Assembly: GCA_013239625.1 (NCBI GenBank)
Contig: MU053652.1
Location: forward strand, 8,529,499 to 8,593,498
DNA: 64,000 nucleotides
From: Lama guanicoe
Lineage: Eukaryota
Reading direction: 5' to 3'
Positions 1 to 13,939 of this stretch are shown piece after piece (positions within the stretch are counted from its first letter, which is position 1; every line of letters begins with the position of its first letter). The notes under the pieces are model-generated. The model saw only the letters and a list, made by a program, of their open reading frames with translations. It ran no database searches and was not told the DNA's origin. Both the position numbers and the translations under genes were made by a program.

Positions 1-660
1 TGTAAAGGTGAAAAGTTGACTCTTCCGTGGAAACAGTGTTCCTAAACATGTTTTGAGACCTGCAGGACTCCTCCTACCCTTTCTGAAGAGAGCCATAAAA
101 AAGCCATAATACTGGTTGGTGTAGAACTAATGACTTCAGAGAGACGCTGTGCCAGTGCCACTCCCAAATCCCAGACACAAGCAGTGCAGAAGCCCCGTGG
201 TATGCCTTTCTACCTCGCAGGTTTCCTGCAGATCTGGTGATAGTCTAAAAAGCCCGTCCTCTTAGGGAATCAGGACAATTCATGCTTTATGCCCCTCGAA
301 CTCTGGTACTTTACGTTGCAAACACAGAAGGGGTGGGTTATGTCGTTTGCTGCTTTTAATAAGAGGGAGTACATTGGCCTGTGGGAAGTGAGTTGGAAAC
401 CACACATTAAAGTGAAACCTCAGACTGAACTTAAAACAATATCTCAGAAAAATGCTGCTTGTTTCAACTGATTCATCCATCCCTCCACAGGGTATCTGGA
501 GAGCACAGCACTTAATTTGGTGGAATGAACTGTGCAAATGAAAACTCAAATGGATTAAGTGATAGTGGAGTTTGCTTCTTTCAAAAAATGAAATCTGCTG
601 TAACTTTGATATACATCGACTGCTTCTAACATGAAATAAAATACTGTAATTGTGTGCTCC
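1..660 (+). other. Probable distal 3' UTR of an unidentified upstream gene
   Basis: No recognisable transposon; ends with AATAAA (635-640) followed by TGTGTG and a T-rich tract; no convincing ORF. Inference only. Confidence 0.5.
635..640 (+). terminator. Candidate polyadenylation signal AATAAA
   Basis: AATAAA with upstream TGTA (600-603) and downstream GT/T-rich sequence (TTGTGTG...CAGTTTTTT). Confidence 0.5.
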
Positions 661-1122
661 CTCTTCAGTTTTTTAAATGGAAACAGTTCCCTTCATTTGT
701 ACCCTCACAAGATAAATAGCCTTGTTTGTAAGGTCATGAAAGACCTTCAAAACAAAATTAAGAAAGCCATTGCCAGGCTACTAGGTATGGGAATTCTGAA
801 TGGAAAATCCTGCCAGTTATCGCTGGTTAGTGAGGTGGGCCTCTTGAGTTATTGGCTGTTTTATATGCATTTCAGATGAGACCTTTCTTGTGGAAAAGAG
901 GGTGGGTTTCATAATCATGTGTTTTAAGTTTTTAGGCTAGAAAAAAATTCTAATGATTGTAAATAGGAGAATGTCATTACAACAAATGACATCATCCCAA
1001 AGCTTTAAGGCTATTCAAAAATCAAATCATGGAACTGTCCCAAATCTGTAACATTTTATTTTAGGGTCATTGTTTAAGTTACCTAAGGATTTTGATAGGA
1101 TTTATTTTCTTTAAAAACAAAA

Positions 1123-1282
1123 CAGTGATTTTTATCCTTAACTGCACATTAGAGTCACCTGGAGAGCTTTTAAAACTCCCATTATCTAGGTTGTACCCCA
1201 GACTAATTAAATCAATCTCTGGGGTTATGGTCGTAAAGCTTCCCAGGTGATTCCAGTGTACAATAAGGCTTGAGAATCCCTG
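1123..1282. mobile_element. MER5A-like hAT-Charlie MITE
   Basis: CAGTG...CCCTG termini, internal CACATTAGAGTCACCTGG and CCCAGGTGATTC motifs typical of MER5A. Confidence 0.75.
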
Positions 1283-2560
1283 TTTTAAAGAAACTGCAGG
1301 GAAACGGTTTATGGCTTATTTTCACCTAGGCAAGGTGAAAGAATTTGCAACAGTGAGCGAGATTACTGAGTAATTAAACCCATATTAACATATTAAGGAA
1401 AAGGTAATAGGGATGCTCTAAGCAAGAGACAAACACATCGAAATATTTTAGACTTTGTTGAATCAGTACTGTTGGATTGTGCATTTAGACTTTTAAAAGA
1501 TCTTTAATTTGGTGATATGCTGGAGGCGATTGAATTACGTTAGCAAATTGTGTAATTTATTCATTACAAAACCACTGATCACCACGTTACCAACAGAAAA
1601 TATAGGAGGATAAGCCTGAGTGTTTTCCATTACAAAATGAACTGGGAAGGAGAATATAGTGAAACCTCAAAGTTGTAGGTGACCCTGAGTAATGCCTAAC
1701 TGAAGAATGAATTTCACAACAGTCTTGTAAGATCATTAGTGGCTGGACTGTTTCCTCAGTGTGTGCAGTGGGAATGCATTTGGGTTTTTCAAAATGTAAA
1801 CCTAGAAGGTATTCTCAAGTAATTGTTTTAAGTGAAGTAATTAAAACGAAGCAAGAACTTAGGAGCGTCTTGATATTTTTCTGCCTTTTCCAAAATTCTA
1901 ACGTTAGGTAGACAATAAGGAAAGCCTCTGTTTTCCTCAAACTGTATTAATAGATTAAGTCCTCGGTTTGCACCTAAGAACTTTCTGCCTTGTAGTGCAT
2001 CACTGATGTTTTGCTTCTTGAAATTTTATCACAGCACTTGTGAACTTTATGGTTTGAATATTTTCATTTTATAACCTTCAAGTTAGTAATGAATTTTTAT
2101 AATGAAAATGTTACCGGGGCAAGGAGTATGAATAATTAAAAGGCTATCATTCTCAGTCTGATAGCTGAGAGATTTAATTTGCTCCTTTCTGATTGCTTGG
2201 GATGGTGAAGGATGTATATGGTCTAATACCCTTTTCCCACTTTTCTGTTGAGATTTTGATTTTACTTATTAATGCGACACCTTCATCAATATGTTGAAAG
2301 TAGTGTTCCTTTCTGGAAGGTGTTTCTATAGTCTGCCTTTCATTTGGTTTTTAGGTATACTTGGATTGATCTTTTCCTTAAAAACTTATTTCTCACTTAA
2401 GCTTTAGAATAATCAATTTCCCATCCTGAATTAAAGTTTGAATCAAGGAGTTGACTTTACTTTCTTCCCCAAATAGCTAAACAACTCTTGGCAGCCTGAT
2501 TTTTAATTAAGCGCTACTTTCACTACTAAGCTGTAAGGCCAAAGCATCTATATTCTTTCC

Positions 2561-2660
2561 TTCATTAATTCATTGATCAAATATTTATCGAGCCCTTATT
2601 ACATGAGTTTATCCACAAAATATTCTAAGAATATAGTAGAGAATAAAACAAACGGAAATT
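2561..2660 (-). mobile_element. L2 3' end fragment
   Basis: TTCATTAATTCATTGATCAAATATTTATCGAGC is the reverse complement of the L2 tail. Confidence 0.55.
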
Positions 2661-2844
2661 TTCTCATTGGCTAAATAATGTTCAGTGATTGATAGATTAT
2701 GTGTATGTTTCTCTTTACATCTGTTTCTAGGCTACCTATTCTAATTCATTAATCTGTTTTTTTTTCCTATTGCTAGTACGATAACATTTATGATAATTTT
2801 ATCATATTTTAATATCTGATGGAGATCATTCCTTGGATTCAGAG

Positions 2845-3030
2845 GGCCTTGGCTCTATTCTGTTCATTGTGTGAGCAAGGCATTTCATCTTTCTGGACGC
2901 TGGCTTTTTTGTTTGTATAATGGGAATAATGACCTCATAGAATTCCTGCTATGATTAAAAGAGATGATGCATGTGAAGTACTTTGTGTAGTGCCTACTGC
3001 ATGGATGTGTTCCAAATTAGATGCTATCAT
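2845..3030 (+). mobile_element. MIR SINE
   Basis: MIR core-like TGTATAATGGGAATAAT...ATGATTAAAAGAGATGATGCATGTGAAGTACTT. Confidence 0.7.
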
Positions 3031-3049
3031 TTTAAATTTAATCCTGTTT

Positions 3050-4690
3050 TGGGAAACTATTTTTTAGTTCAGCCTTCCAGGAACATAGCGTATCTCTTCA
3101 GTTAAGCCTCTCATGACTTTGATATTTTGTAGTTTTATTATACAGACCCCTTGCATTTATAATCAAGTTTATTAAGCATTTTATGATGTTTGTTTTTATT
3201 GTGACATCCTGTCCTTTATGGATAAATGCAAAGCTCTAATTTTTTTTTGTTGTTGTAACTGGCTGTGTTGCAGTGCACTAATGATTATTTTAGTAATTAT
3301 TACTTGATTCTTCTAGATTTCTTAGGTAGGCAGTTGAATCATCTGCTGATAGTGATAACTTCTTTCTGATCCTGTCCAGTAACTGTACCTCTTCTGTTCC
3401 ACAGGGTACTGTCCTGCTGGAACGTCCAGAACTGTGTGGGTATTTGTTACTAGTACCTTTGTCCTAGTCCGGGCTTTCCTGAGAATGCTTTCAGTGTTCT
3501 GCCAGTGAGTATAGTGTCAGTATTTTAGGATAACTTTTTTGCGTTTAAACATTGAGGATAAATTAATGTTAGGAATGGACTTTGAATGTTATCAAATTTC
3601 TGCATCAGTTGAGGTGATTACCTAGTTTTATTTTACTGATGTGACAGATTTCTAGGTTTCTTATTAAACTATATTTGCATTTCTAGGGTGATCCCTGTGA
3701 CGCTTGGACTTGTGAAGAATTCACTTATGAAATGAACTACATCCAGAGCCTATTTTGTATTTTTCCTTCCCTTAGCCTAATAGATTTTTCTTCTTATTCC
3801 AGATTCAATTGTGATAATTGCATAATTTCAGAAAACTGGTCACTTCTAGATTTTCATGTATGTTAACATAGAGTTGGACATATTTCTTGCTTATTTTCTC
3901 AATCTTTTAAGTCTTAGTTCACATTTTGTCCTCCTTTAAAATTTATTATGTATCTCAAATATTCTTCTTACAAATATACATGTTAACTTCATAAATTATG
4001 TTTTTATGAATCATTAATTTCTATCTTAAGGTTTTTAAAAATTTTTTTTATTGATTTTTAATCATTTTAGAATGTGTCAAATTCCAGTGTAGAGCACAAT
4101 TTTTCAGTCGTACATGAACATATATATATATTCATTGTCACATTTTTTTCTCTGTGAGCTACCATAAGATCTTGTGTATATTTCTTATCTTAAGGTTTTT
4201 TTAAGGTAACTGGGAGACATAAGGGAGTAGTTCTCCTTCAATTGACTTAATTAGGATTATTTTATTTTCTACTTTTGTAATAAGAATGAAAATATAAAAA
4301 TGAAAATATACAAAGCTGTGAATTTCCCTCTGGATACAGTTTGGGATCAGTTTGTTACATTATGAAATTTACTTTTATTTTGTGCTAAATCTCTTATTTC
4401 AGATCTTATTTTTTTCCTTGAACCAGTACTTATAGTTAATCAGAGAGGCATTTAAAAATTTCAAGTGCTGAAGTTTTATTTTCATTTTAGTAATAGATTT
4501 CTAATTTTATTTTGCTGACAGAGGGCAGTTCATGGAGTTATTTCATTGTATGTATCTAAGTATTTTTACATCACAAATTCATATATATGCATATTCTGAC
4601 TTTAGGATTAAGTTTTATGTCTAAATTAGCATCATTGTGTTAATCATTCCTATCTTGTCATTTTTGTAATGACTGAATTAGCCTACTATA
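3050..4690 (-). mobile_element. Old degenerate L1 (L1M-type) fragments
   Basis: T-rich antisense L1 ORF2-like motifs (TTCTAGATTTCTTAGGTAG...ATCATCTGC, AATGCTTTCAGTGTT). Confidence 0.55.
4037..4185 (-). mobile_element. Young 5'-truncated L1 3' end (camelid type) with 15-bp TSD
   Basis: Poly(T) head plus L1 3'UTR; TATCTTAAGGTTTTT repeated at 4022-4036 and 4186-4200; same family as 53674-53919. Confidence 0.85.
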
Positions 4691-4696
4691 ATTATA

Positions 4697-4928
4697 TGAA
4701 CTCTTGACCAACATGGATTTGAACTGCACAGGGCCCATCAACATGCAGATTTTTTTCAGTAATAAATACTTTATAGTACCACCTGGTCTGAGGTTGGCTG
4801 AATCTGCCCACGCAGAACTTGGATACGAAGGAACAGAGCAGTTGGAGTGCCAACTGTAAGTTGTACGAAGATTTTCAACTGCACCAAGGGTCAGTCCCCC
4901 TAACCCCAGTATTCAAGATTCGACTATA
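4697..4928. mobile_element. TcMar-Tigger MITE (Tigger2/MER8-like)
   Basis: CTTGACCAACATGGATTTGAACTGCA start and CCCCTAACCCC...TTCAAGATTCGACT end resemble Tigger2 terminal repeats. Confidence 0.7.
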
Positions 4929-5189
4929 TTTTTAATTTATTTTGCATTTCTAGAAGTATCCATACATTTTGATGGCAGTTTTCTTTTTTCTAGTTACAAA
5001 TTAATTTATTTTTTAAAATACTGGCTTGCCAGAAGTTTTGCATCTATAACATTTTTGTTAGCCTTTTCATGCTTGTTTATTCCATTTCGGCAGTGCTACT
5101 GAAAATAGGATACTGCATGAAATTTGCTTTTTAGGACACATTTTAGAAAATTATGAGTAAAGTAAATCTCATCTGCTTTCCAACTTCTA

Positions 5190-5485
5190 TTTTTTTCTTT
5201 TCTTTTTAAATTGAAGTATAGTTGATTTATAGTGTTGTTAGCTTCTGGTGTACAGCATAGTGATTCAGTCACGTATGTATGTTTTTTCATATTTTATAGA
5301 TTTCTTAATATTTCTATATTTCTTTATTTCTTTATAGATTATTATAAGATATTGAATATAGTTCCCTGTGCTATATAGTAGGACCTTGTTGTTTAACTTT
5401 TTATATATAGTAATTAGTATCTGCAAATCCTAAACGCCCAAGTTAGCCCTCTACCCCACCTTCCCTTTGATCCACAGAGTTTGTA
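5190..5485 (-). mobile_element. L1 3' UTR fragment (artiodactyl/camelid type)
   Basis: TTGAAGTATAGTTGATTTA...AAGATATTGAATATAGTTCCCTGTGCTATA signature. Confidence 0.85.
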
Positions 5486-5699
5486 TAGACAAGGATTCTA
5501 CTTTGATTCTACATAGAGTATGTAGGCAGGGATTCTACTTTGTCCAATTTTAACATTGAAACTTTCTTTTGGGGGAGTTTGAGATATACTGATAGATATC
5601 CACGACATCCACAGTTGTATGTTCACCTGTATATACGTTTAAACATATGTACACACATTATCTGCATGTGAATATGTGGGTATGCACACATTTTGGGTT

Positions 5700-5925
5700 T
5701 TTTATATATATACTTTTACTGAAGTATAGTCAGTTTACAATATTGTGTCAATTTCTGGTGTACAGCATAATGTTTCAGTCATACATGAACATACATATAT
5801 TCATTTTCATCATAAGTTACAAGATATTGAATATATTTCCCTGTGCTATGCAGTATGAACTTGTTTATCTGTTTTATATATAGTAGTTAGTATCTGCAAA
5901 CTCAAACTCCCAATTTATTTTGGGG
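5700..5925 (-). mobile_element. L1 3' UTR fragment (camelid type)
   Basis: TGAAGTATAGTCAGTTTACAA...TTCCCTGTGCTAT signature. Confidence 0.85.
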
Positions 5926-6859
5926 GTTATTTTGTATTGAAAATCAATACAACAACTTTTGCCTCGTCTTTGCTTTTATAAGAGTTTGAGCCATTTTTAG
6001 TTATTGCTGATATGATGTGTTTAATCTTACTGTTTTCCATTTTCAGTGTTTTGTTTCCTTTGCTTTTGTTTTGTCTTTGCTCTTTTGTCTTTGCTCTATG
6101 GCGTTCAGCTCTCCCTTCCAGGAGCCAGCGACAGGTAGAGTGACATGATATAAATCTTCCTTTGCCTTCCTCATGGTTATGCTTACTGTTTTGATTCATT
6201 GGTCAGCGCATACTTGTTTTGAGAGGCTGTATCTCCAAATTTCTTCATGGATTATGAAGTTAGTGGACATTCCTCTCTAAAGTGAGCTTCAGTTTGATAC
6301 TTAGTTTGCGGTGTTACTCCTTAAAATATTTTTATGGGTCTGTATGAATATTTTTATTGGAAGATGGGGAAAATTCTGCCATGAAACCTGTATTCTTACT
6401 CCTTTAACACATTTAGGGAAATATATTCCGACTCTTATTTAAAGAGATGAGAATCTTATTTTAATTTGGTTCTCTAGAAGAATATCTAAAACCCAAACTG
6501 CTGCTGTAGTCAAAAAGGCTTACAAAATGCTGAGTATCGTCAGGAGCAATTCTGAAACAGGACAACTTGAGGCTACCTTTGTGAAGCTCTGGTTTTCCCA
6601 GCCATAGGGAGTGCATGTATTCTCAGGCTGGTGGTAAGGGAACTTGAGATATAGCACATTCTTGCTCTCCCGCCTCTGCTTCAGTTAGGGTCACTCTGCA
6701 GTCACATGTTAGAACAGTACACCTCAGATGACAGGGGAGGATGAGCCGTCGAATAATTATGAAAAATTAATGTGATTCAAGCATAAAATTCGGTAAGGAT
6801 TTCCAGAGTTTGATCACCACATCCTAGAATCCTGGCCTGTAGGCTTAATTTTTCCTTTT

Positions 6860-7420
6860 TATTCCCTTAAACAAATATTTGAGATTATATACAATCCAAT
6901 TCAACACAGGCATTGTTACAGTCTAATAGGTGAGATGCTGAATTTATGGTCCTTCAGATAAGGACAGCTCAAAGGACAGTTTGACGCTCAGGGGAGAGAT
7001 CTGGGTACAAGAGGTAAACCTGAGAATTGTCTTGTAGGTTCTGACTGAAGCCATGGGCGTGACTGTGGCCAATGGAAAGAGAATCCAGCAGAGAGGGAGT
7101 TTTTACTGATTTGGTCTTAAAGAACTTCAGGCTTTAAAAGACAGGAGAGAAGGCTGAACTGGCAAAGGAAGTGGAGAAGGAACAGCCAGGAATATAAGAA
7201 AGTTAGGATGGCCTTTGTCATAGAAACTAAGGGAAGAGCTATCTTAATAGGAGGTAGAACACACAATTCCAGGGGCTCCCATCTGCGTGGAATTTAAGGT
7301 GGTACAGCCTTGAGAATAGACGGTAGAGGCCAGAGTGGAGGCGGGAAGGCCAGTTGGGAGGCTGCGGCAGTGGTTCTGGGTTGAAGAGCGTGGTAGCCGA
7401 AGAGGGTATTTATATGTAGG
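6860..7420 (-). mobile_element. L2 fragments
   Basis: Purine-rich antisense L2 motifs (GCTCAGGGGAGAGATCTGGG, TGAAGCCATGGG, GGAGGCTGCGGCAGTGGT). Confidence 0.55.
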
Positions 7421-9168
7421 ATACAGGTGGTATTTACTCACCGTGACTTAAGTCCAAAAATACGTTACGATGGGCAACGAGGTAAAACTGTTATTTTGAA
7501 GATTATGATGTGCTAAATCTACTTAAGCTATTTCATGAAATAACACTCATGTGATTAAAATCCAAGCCTTGCCAGACTGACAGTAAACAGCTACATTCTC
7601 CCGTCCCATCCTCCCCATCCCCAGTCACATTCCCCAGGGGGACCCTTCTCACTCTCTACTATTGTGAACTCAGTTTTTAGCTCTTCTGGCCAATTCTTCA
7701 TAAATTGAGATAGGATATCTTCCTCCTTCATCCTCTTTGCACTTCAGCTGTTACTTCCTGTGGGGTAGGGGGAGATATAGCCCACTCGGGCACCTGGCTC
7801 CCTTTCTTCTCGGAATACGGTTATTTAGTGCTGTTGGTTTCCGCTGGCTGACCCCGGTGTGTTCCCCCTCCTGAGAAGCAGTAGACTTGCCAGCTGGGAG
7901 CATGGCTGCCTTTTCTCCTCTTGCTCTCCCCCTCCTTTTGTTAACCATGGCCCTGAGCCTGATTGTCTGCAGGGTATGGGTCAAGAACACAGCCCAGGGG
8001 GAAGTCGACTTTGTTTCTCCCCCAGCAGCGCAGGACCAGGTCCCATGAGACCGTCCGTCTTGGGGGGAGTTGCACAGGCAATGTCTGTTACAGAATTCAG
8101 GAAGCCAGGCCAAAGGTTGCTGAGATTTTGCTGCGGAGAGCAGAAAGCGAGTCTTGGCCAGCCAGGGGTCAGTATGTGGCATACAAATTGCTGCTCCAGC
8201 TGGTTACAAGTTGTTGATAACCCTCAGAGGGGAACAGCCGGGGTCTGTTGTCTGGTCCAGATACCGCCAAGAGCTAGTGTGACTGGAAGTGATGTGTGCA
8301 GACCCTGTGGGCCATTCCCTAAAAGGGAGGGACACCTCCTCCCTGGTCTCTTCTGTTTCCCACTGGCTGGAACATCCCTGTCAGTCGTTAGAGCAGCCGT
8401 TTGGATGAGGACAGGGTTGCTACTTGTTGAGGATAGCAGGGGACACGTGCAGGAGCCCAGAGCCCTGGGAGCTTTGCCGAGGGGACCTGCTGCCCTGGCT
8501 GGGACCTCTAAGTGAGAGAGAAGAACTTCTGTTGTGTTTATGCTAACTTTACACTGAGAGGTTTGATTTTTGTTATAATCTGTTCTAATATCCACATCCT
8601 GCCTGCACTTAGCTTTTTAACTTAATACACTCACACCTTGATTTCTGCGTTTTTCAACTGTGGACCTTATAGCTGTGCTCTTTCTTCTCTTAGTGTTACT
8701 CACTAGGTATTTATCTCCCGCCTCTTTCTTGCTACGTTTCCAGCTTCCCTGGCAGCTGTGGATGGCCGTGTGATGTAAGTTCTGATATATGAGACAGGAG
8801 ACAATCCTCTTGTGACCGAGGGAAGTACTAAGGGAACCCAGAGATGCCAGGTCAGACACACTTGATTCTGAAACCATTGCCAGCAGCACCTGTGTCCAGA
8901 TGTTTTTCTTTGAGGAAAAAAATACCCTCCCAAGGTTGCTAATTGACATTTTGTGTTTAAAAAAAAAAAATTAAGATCTCTACTCTTTGAGGAGTTGATT
9001 CTAGAAATTGAAAATTGAGTTTACATCAAGACCCCTTTTTACTGCAAAACTGTATAATATGCTTGGTTGCATTTCTTGTAAAAGTATTTTTCTTGGAGTC
9101 TTTTTTTAAAAAATCCTGTGCATCTTATCTCCCTTCATTGCCTCCTTAAGTTGTTCCAAATTATAAAC

Positions 9169-9960
9169 CAGTGCTTCTCATCAGGGATGGTAATACCCCC
9201 AGCAGACATTTAAAACAACTTATGGGCTGTTTTTGGTTTTCTCAGTGATTTTGGAGGTAGGAGTGTTGCTACTGGCATTTAGTGGCAGGATCCAGGGGTT
9301 CTGGAACTCCTGAAATGCATGCTCTGTTGTCCGTCACACACGGCATATGAATGCCCTGTTGGACACTTACGTAGTTAAAGCTGTTGTGTAATTATTTGAG
9401 CCTAGAGCATAACTCTTCATTTACAGAATGCAAAGTATCTCTTGCATGGGTTTAATACATTATGATTTTTCCTAGAACTTCCGGGTAAATTGAAGGAAGG
9501 TTGAACTTTGGGAACTCTCCTAAGAGTTGTTCACCATTTTGAAAATGTCACCAACAGCAATGATGCTTCTAATACATGTTACCAGTACAAGATGCTTGTG
9601 TCAGTCTTCATTTTCAGTTGTACTTGATTTTATGGAGATATGTGTGTGTGTGTGTATATATAAACTACTTAGCCCTTATTTCAAAGTGTCAAAAACAAAG
9701 AATAGTGTTAACAACTTTCAGTTCCCTTAAATTCTGCCTTTTCCATTATACATAGGTGGATGCATGCATTTAATTTATTTTATTTTGTAGGTCAGCTATG
9801 TCCAAGCATTTACATACAAAGATACATGTTATTTCAGTGACTTGATTATGTTGTTTCTGTTCCAGTTAGGATGTTATATTTGTATTTTTGAAAACATCTG
9901 TGCTGATAATATAACCTAGCTATAAATTTCATTGCTGGATAGCAAGAGGGTTACTTTTCT
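9169..9960. mobile_element. MER20/MER20B-like hAT-Charlie element
   Basis: CAGTGCTTCTCA start and TGCTACTGGCATTTAGTGG motif; internal part resembles 26380-26700 in the opposite orientation. Confidence 0.6.
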
Positions 9961-10479
9961 GTTGACTTTTGCAGTCAAAGGGGGCTTATCAGCTCAGACC
10001 CAGTAGGAAATTCACAAACTTAGAGGGTCAGGCAGGTTGAAGAGAACCAGTGAGGGGACGGTGAAGCGTTCAGAAGCTGGCTACAGGGAGAAGCCCTTAG
10101 TTACCTCTAGGCCTCCAAGGGTGGAAGAAGGGAGCTGTGACCTGAGCTGGGTGGGAGAAGGGCTGCCTGACAGAGGCTGTGGGCTCTGGGTGGAGAGACC
10201 AGTCACCAGAGAGAAGCTGGGTGCAGAAGTGCTTGCTGTGGTGAGTCATTAATCCCCCGAGGCACAGAGCATGGTGGACAATAGGGGACACATGGATCTG
10301 GAGGACAGAGGGGACTGTCCAGGGATGTCATTTCTGATTAGATTTGAGAGTCACTTTTCCGGAGGATGGCATTAATCTCTCGATTTCTCCCTTCTTACCG
10401 CAGATCTGTCCCTTGTGTAGCCTTCCTGTGGCATTCTTTAATCTGAACTGGTGTTTGGACAGCAGGCTGAGTTGCCATT

Positions 10480-10910
10480 CTCCCAACATAGTTCTTTTGA
10501 GTTGGAGACTCTGTTTCTTTCTTTTGTTTGAACCTTGTCACATGCACCTTTGTATGGGAGAACGTGTGAGAAATTTTCCAAACCCACGCAGGACTGTGGT
10601 TTTCTTTATTTTGATGGAGTAATTATCTGGGCATTGAAGTCTGGGTTGAAATCATTCTCCCTCAGAACGTTGAAGGCGTTGCTCCGCAATCTTCTCGCTT
10701 CTAGTGTTGCTAATGAAAAGTTTGAAGTCCGGTTTCATTTTGACATGACCCATGTTTTTTTATGTCTTATGCTTTTACTGTTCGTTATCTTTAGGGGGTA
10801 TTAAAATGTTACAACAGTCCTTTTGACTTTTAAAGAATTTATTGTGCTAGGCACTTATTTATACCCGATAGAGTTCTAGGAGCGTGTCTTTCCGCTCTTG
10901 GACATTCTAA
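10480..10910 (-). mobile_element. Old L1 fragment
   Basis: TTGAAGGCGTTGCTCC...TCTAGTGTTGCTAATGAAAAG antisense L1M motif. Confidence 0.55.
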
Positions 10911-11398
10911 TTTTTTGTGAACTTGAAATGGAGGGAGGCTGATGGTAAAGGGTGGTGTTTGCTTTTCTGCAGGGTGAGACAGCCTCTTGAAATCATTCTG
11001 CTGCCTTTATTAGCACATTTAAAGATCATGGAACCTTCTGTTTGGATGAATTTTCTAATAACTCTTCAGATCGATTGTCACTAACAAACGAGTGTTTTTC
11101 TTTTCACCTACTCTTGGTTTTCCTTTAGGAATATAACCATGTATTCATATTATGTGCATATTCCCTATTATGTTTTAATTTTCTGTATAACTGTTTTAAG
11201 GAAGCTCTTAACTAGAATAAGGCCCATAGATCCTAAAATGACCTTGATGGGGTAGACTATAATCATCTGGCTGGAGAAAGGAATTTCAAAAGAAACTTGT
11301 TGTTCAGCATTGTTTTTTACCTATAGATATTAACCAGTATGGTAAAGGTAAGGATAAAATTAAAGGTTGTCATCGAATTAGTTATCCAGCTCTTTTCA

Positions 11399-11401
<3 letters not shown>

Positions 11402-11439
<38 letters not shown>

Positions 11440-11477
11440 GATATATATATATATGTAGATAGATAGATAGACAGATA
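11402..11477. repeat. Compound microsatellite (TG)17-(AT)7-(GATA)n
   Basis: Directly visible. Confidence 0.95.
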
Positions 11478-12249
11478 TGACTCCCATGTCCATAAAATAG
11501 TCTGTTGGGATATCCCCTTTAAGGTAAAATAGTATAAATTTTCAATTAACCAAAACTCAAGTAAGTTGAATATTTTAATCAGTTTAAGGAGCAAACCAAT
11601 AAGGGAGTAAAGGGAGTTGGGTAGTCAGGAGTATATTCAACCTATGAGGTGTGTGCTAGGGTCGGAGAGAGACTGCATTCCATCAGTAACATTTTGGCAG
11701 AAGTTAACTGAGTTCATTTTCTAGTGCATGGCCCTTGGGCCCTGCTCCCTGACCGTATCAATATATAATGGTTTCAGTAGGTGGTACCATCTGTGTTTCT
11801 ACCCCAACAAGAGCCGAGTGGCTAACGGTGAGAACATTTTAACTTTTTACAAAGCAGCTTCTTTTATTTTCATTAAAGATGGCTCTGTTCAGTGTATTTG
11901 CTTAAATACTGCACTTTTCACTTGGTTTTTTTGTTTTTTTCTCACATCAGGGACCTCACTGGGCCCCCCAATGCTTTCATTAATTTCCGAATTACGTATT
12001 TGCTGTTCAGAGGCCTCATAACAGAATAGTCTCAATCTCTTCACAAAAAATGTTTGGTCTAAAATGTCAACTCTACATAATGTGCCTGAAATATTAATGT
12101 TTACCCGGGTTTTAAGGTGTTCTTCAGAGCATGAAGGTTAAAAGGGGATTGAAAAAAGGGATAAAATGCATAATGGCTTTTAAAAGAAATGAGTAAATGA
12201 CATTTTTAAGCCTTTGAAGTTTGAGCTCATCCCATTTCTGTTTCTGTGT

Positions 12250-12350
12250 TTGCTCAGAGAGTGTAGGCAATCTGCTTAAGGTCATTCAGTTTGTAAATGA
12301 TGGCGTTTGAATTCTCAGGCCTCTGTACCTCCAAACCCTTGGATCTTTAT
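12250..12350 (-). mobile_element. MIR fragment
   Basis: GCTCAGAGAG...GCTTAAGGTCATTCAGTTTGTAAATG...TTTGAA. Confidence 0.6.
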
Positions 12351-12899
12351 TTCAGATGCTTCCCAAGGTGTCTTTTTTTTTTTTTTCCTTGCAGGATAAG
12401 AACTACTTTGTTTCTGGTATAAGAACTAATTTAAAATTGTTCTGTTGGTTTGCACTGAAGACAGGAGTGGGTGGGTATATGGCAGGACAAATCACCTGCC
12501 CCTGAGTATTACTACCTACAGTTAAAGCCCGACTGATGGTAACTTGAGTGCTTTTTCCACAGTGGCTTTTTGAAGGGGATTAGGATTATATGGGGAAACT
12601 GTTTGAATAGGACATTTTAACGTCAGGATCTCATAATTGGAATTCTGAATTCTCATAAACTGTAATCGTCTGTCACACTGCTGAGAAGGTGATTGATCTT
12701 GATTCCAAGTGCCTGACCCTGGGGCGCCTGTGCCCAGGGCGCACATTCCCCTCCGCAAAGCAGCGTTGGATCTGACTAGGGAAGGGCGTCCTCATTTAAA
12801 ACAGTTTGACCTGAGTTTCTCTTTTACTATTTCAGTTTTTTACTGTCTTTTTTTTTTATTACTCATAAATCTCCAGAATTCTGTGTGTTTTCTGAATAA

Positions 12900-13500
12900 A
12901 GAAATAATATGTACTTATAAAGTCTAGAAGCAGAGAAACGGGGGAAATAAGTTACAGTCTGACCAGAGGGTAACAGCAGAGTGTTGAGCAATTCATCTTA
13001 TTGTTCCCATCCTCGCTTCCTGCTGTTGATCATGCTAGAAACAGTCTCGTACCTTGCCCTTTTTTTTCCTACTTAGCACTATATCCTATTTTTCTATTCA
13101 AAAAACTCTAATACTTTTTAATGTTGTATATTCTTGTATATGCATATCAAAAGTAAACATTTATGCTGTGATCATCTGAGTATGTCTTAGGGGATGAGGG
13201 ATAGAGTTCACAATATTTCTAGACTGGGAATGAAGAATGTGCACATATTGAGGCTTGTAGTATATATTGAATAATTCCTTTCTAGAACAAATGGACATCT
13301 ATGTTCCTACATATCTCACTGCATGCTTGCTAACTTTGAATATTATGTCTCTGTAAAATGGGTTTATTTTAACAAACATCTAGTCCTTACTATTGCTCCA
13401 TTGTTAGATGTCTTTGTATATTTGATTAACACAAATGGTATCTTGTTTTAATTTATTTACTTTAAAAAAAAAGTTAAAAATTTCACTTTTCACATATTTT
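12900..13500 (-). mobile_element. Old L1 (L1ME-like) 3' fragments
   Basis: Degenerate antisense L1 3' motifs (GGTATCTTGTTTTAATTT). Confidence 0.4.
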
Positions 13501-13559
13501 TAGTCACCATTGCGCCCCATATTTTGAAGACTCTTGAGGCAAACTGGGAGCTGAGAATT

Positions 13560-13900
13560 GATATTGGTGTGTTTGCAAAGCCTGTAAGTAGAGGTCTGTG
13601 TGTCCAGGACTAGTGGCAGATTGGTGACAGGGAGAGGAGTTGGGTGGCACTGCAGTAGTCTAGGGAAGGAGAGCCTGAGTGAAGGTGGTGACTGTGAAGG
13701 TGGGTGGGATGATGGAGAAGCAGGAGAGGCTGTAAAATGTTTAAGAAACAGAATGAGAAGCAAACAGGGACTGACTGAAATGAGGAGGATTTAGAGATTA
13801 TTCTTAGGATCTTGCTGGTGCCCCTTGTGGAACAAAGAACCATTACCAAGATGGGAAACGAAAGATCTGGGCATGTTCCAGTGAGGACGGTGTTGACTCT
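13560..13900 (-). mobile_element. L2 fragment
   Basis: GGTGGGATGATGGAGAAG...ACAGGGACTGACTG antisense L2-like. Confidence 0.5.
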
Positions 13901-13939
13901 GAACAGAAAGCCTGTCTAATAGCTTAAACGACTGACTGG

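Noticed and set aside
7751..8595. Overlapping long ORFs (218, 143 and 123 aa)
   Set aside because: GC-rich stretch with ORFs on both strands, no recognisable domain or exon structure
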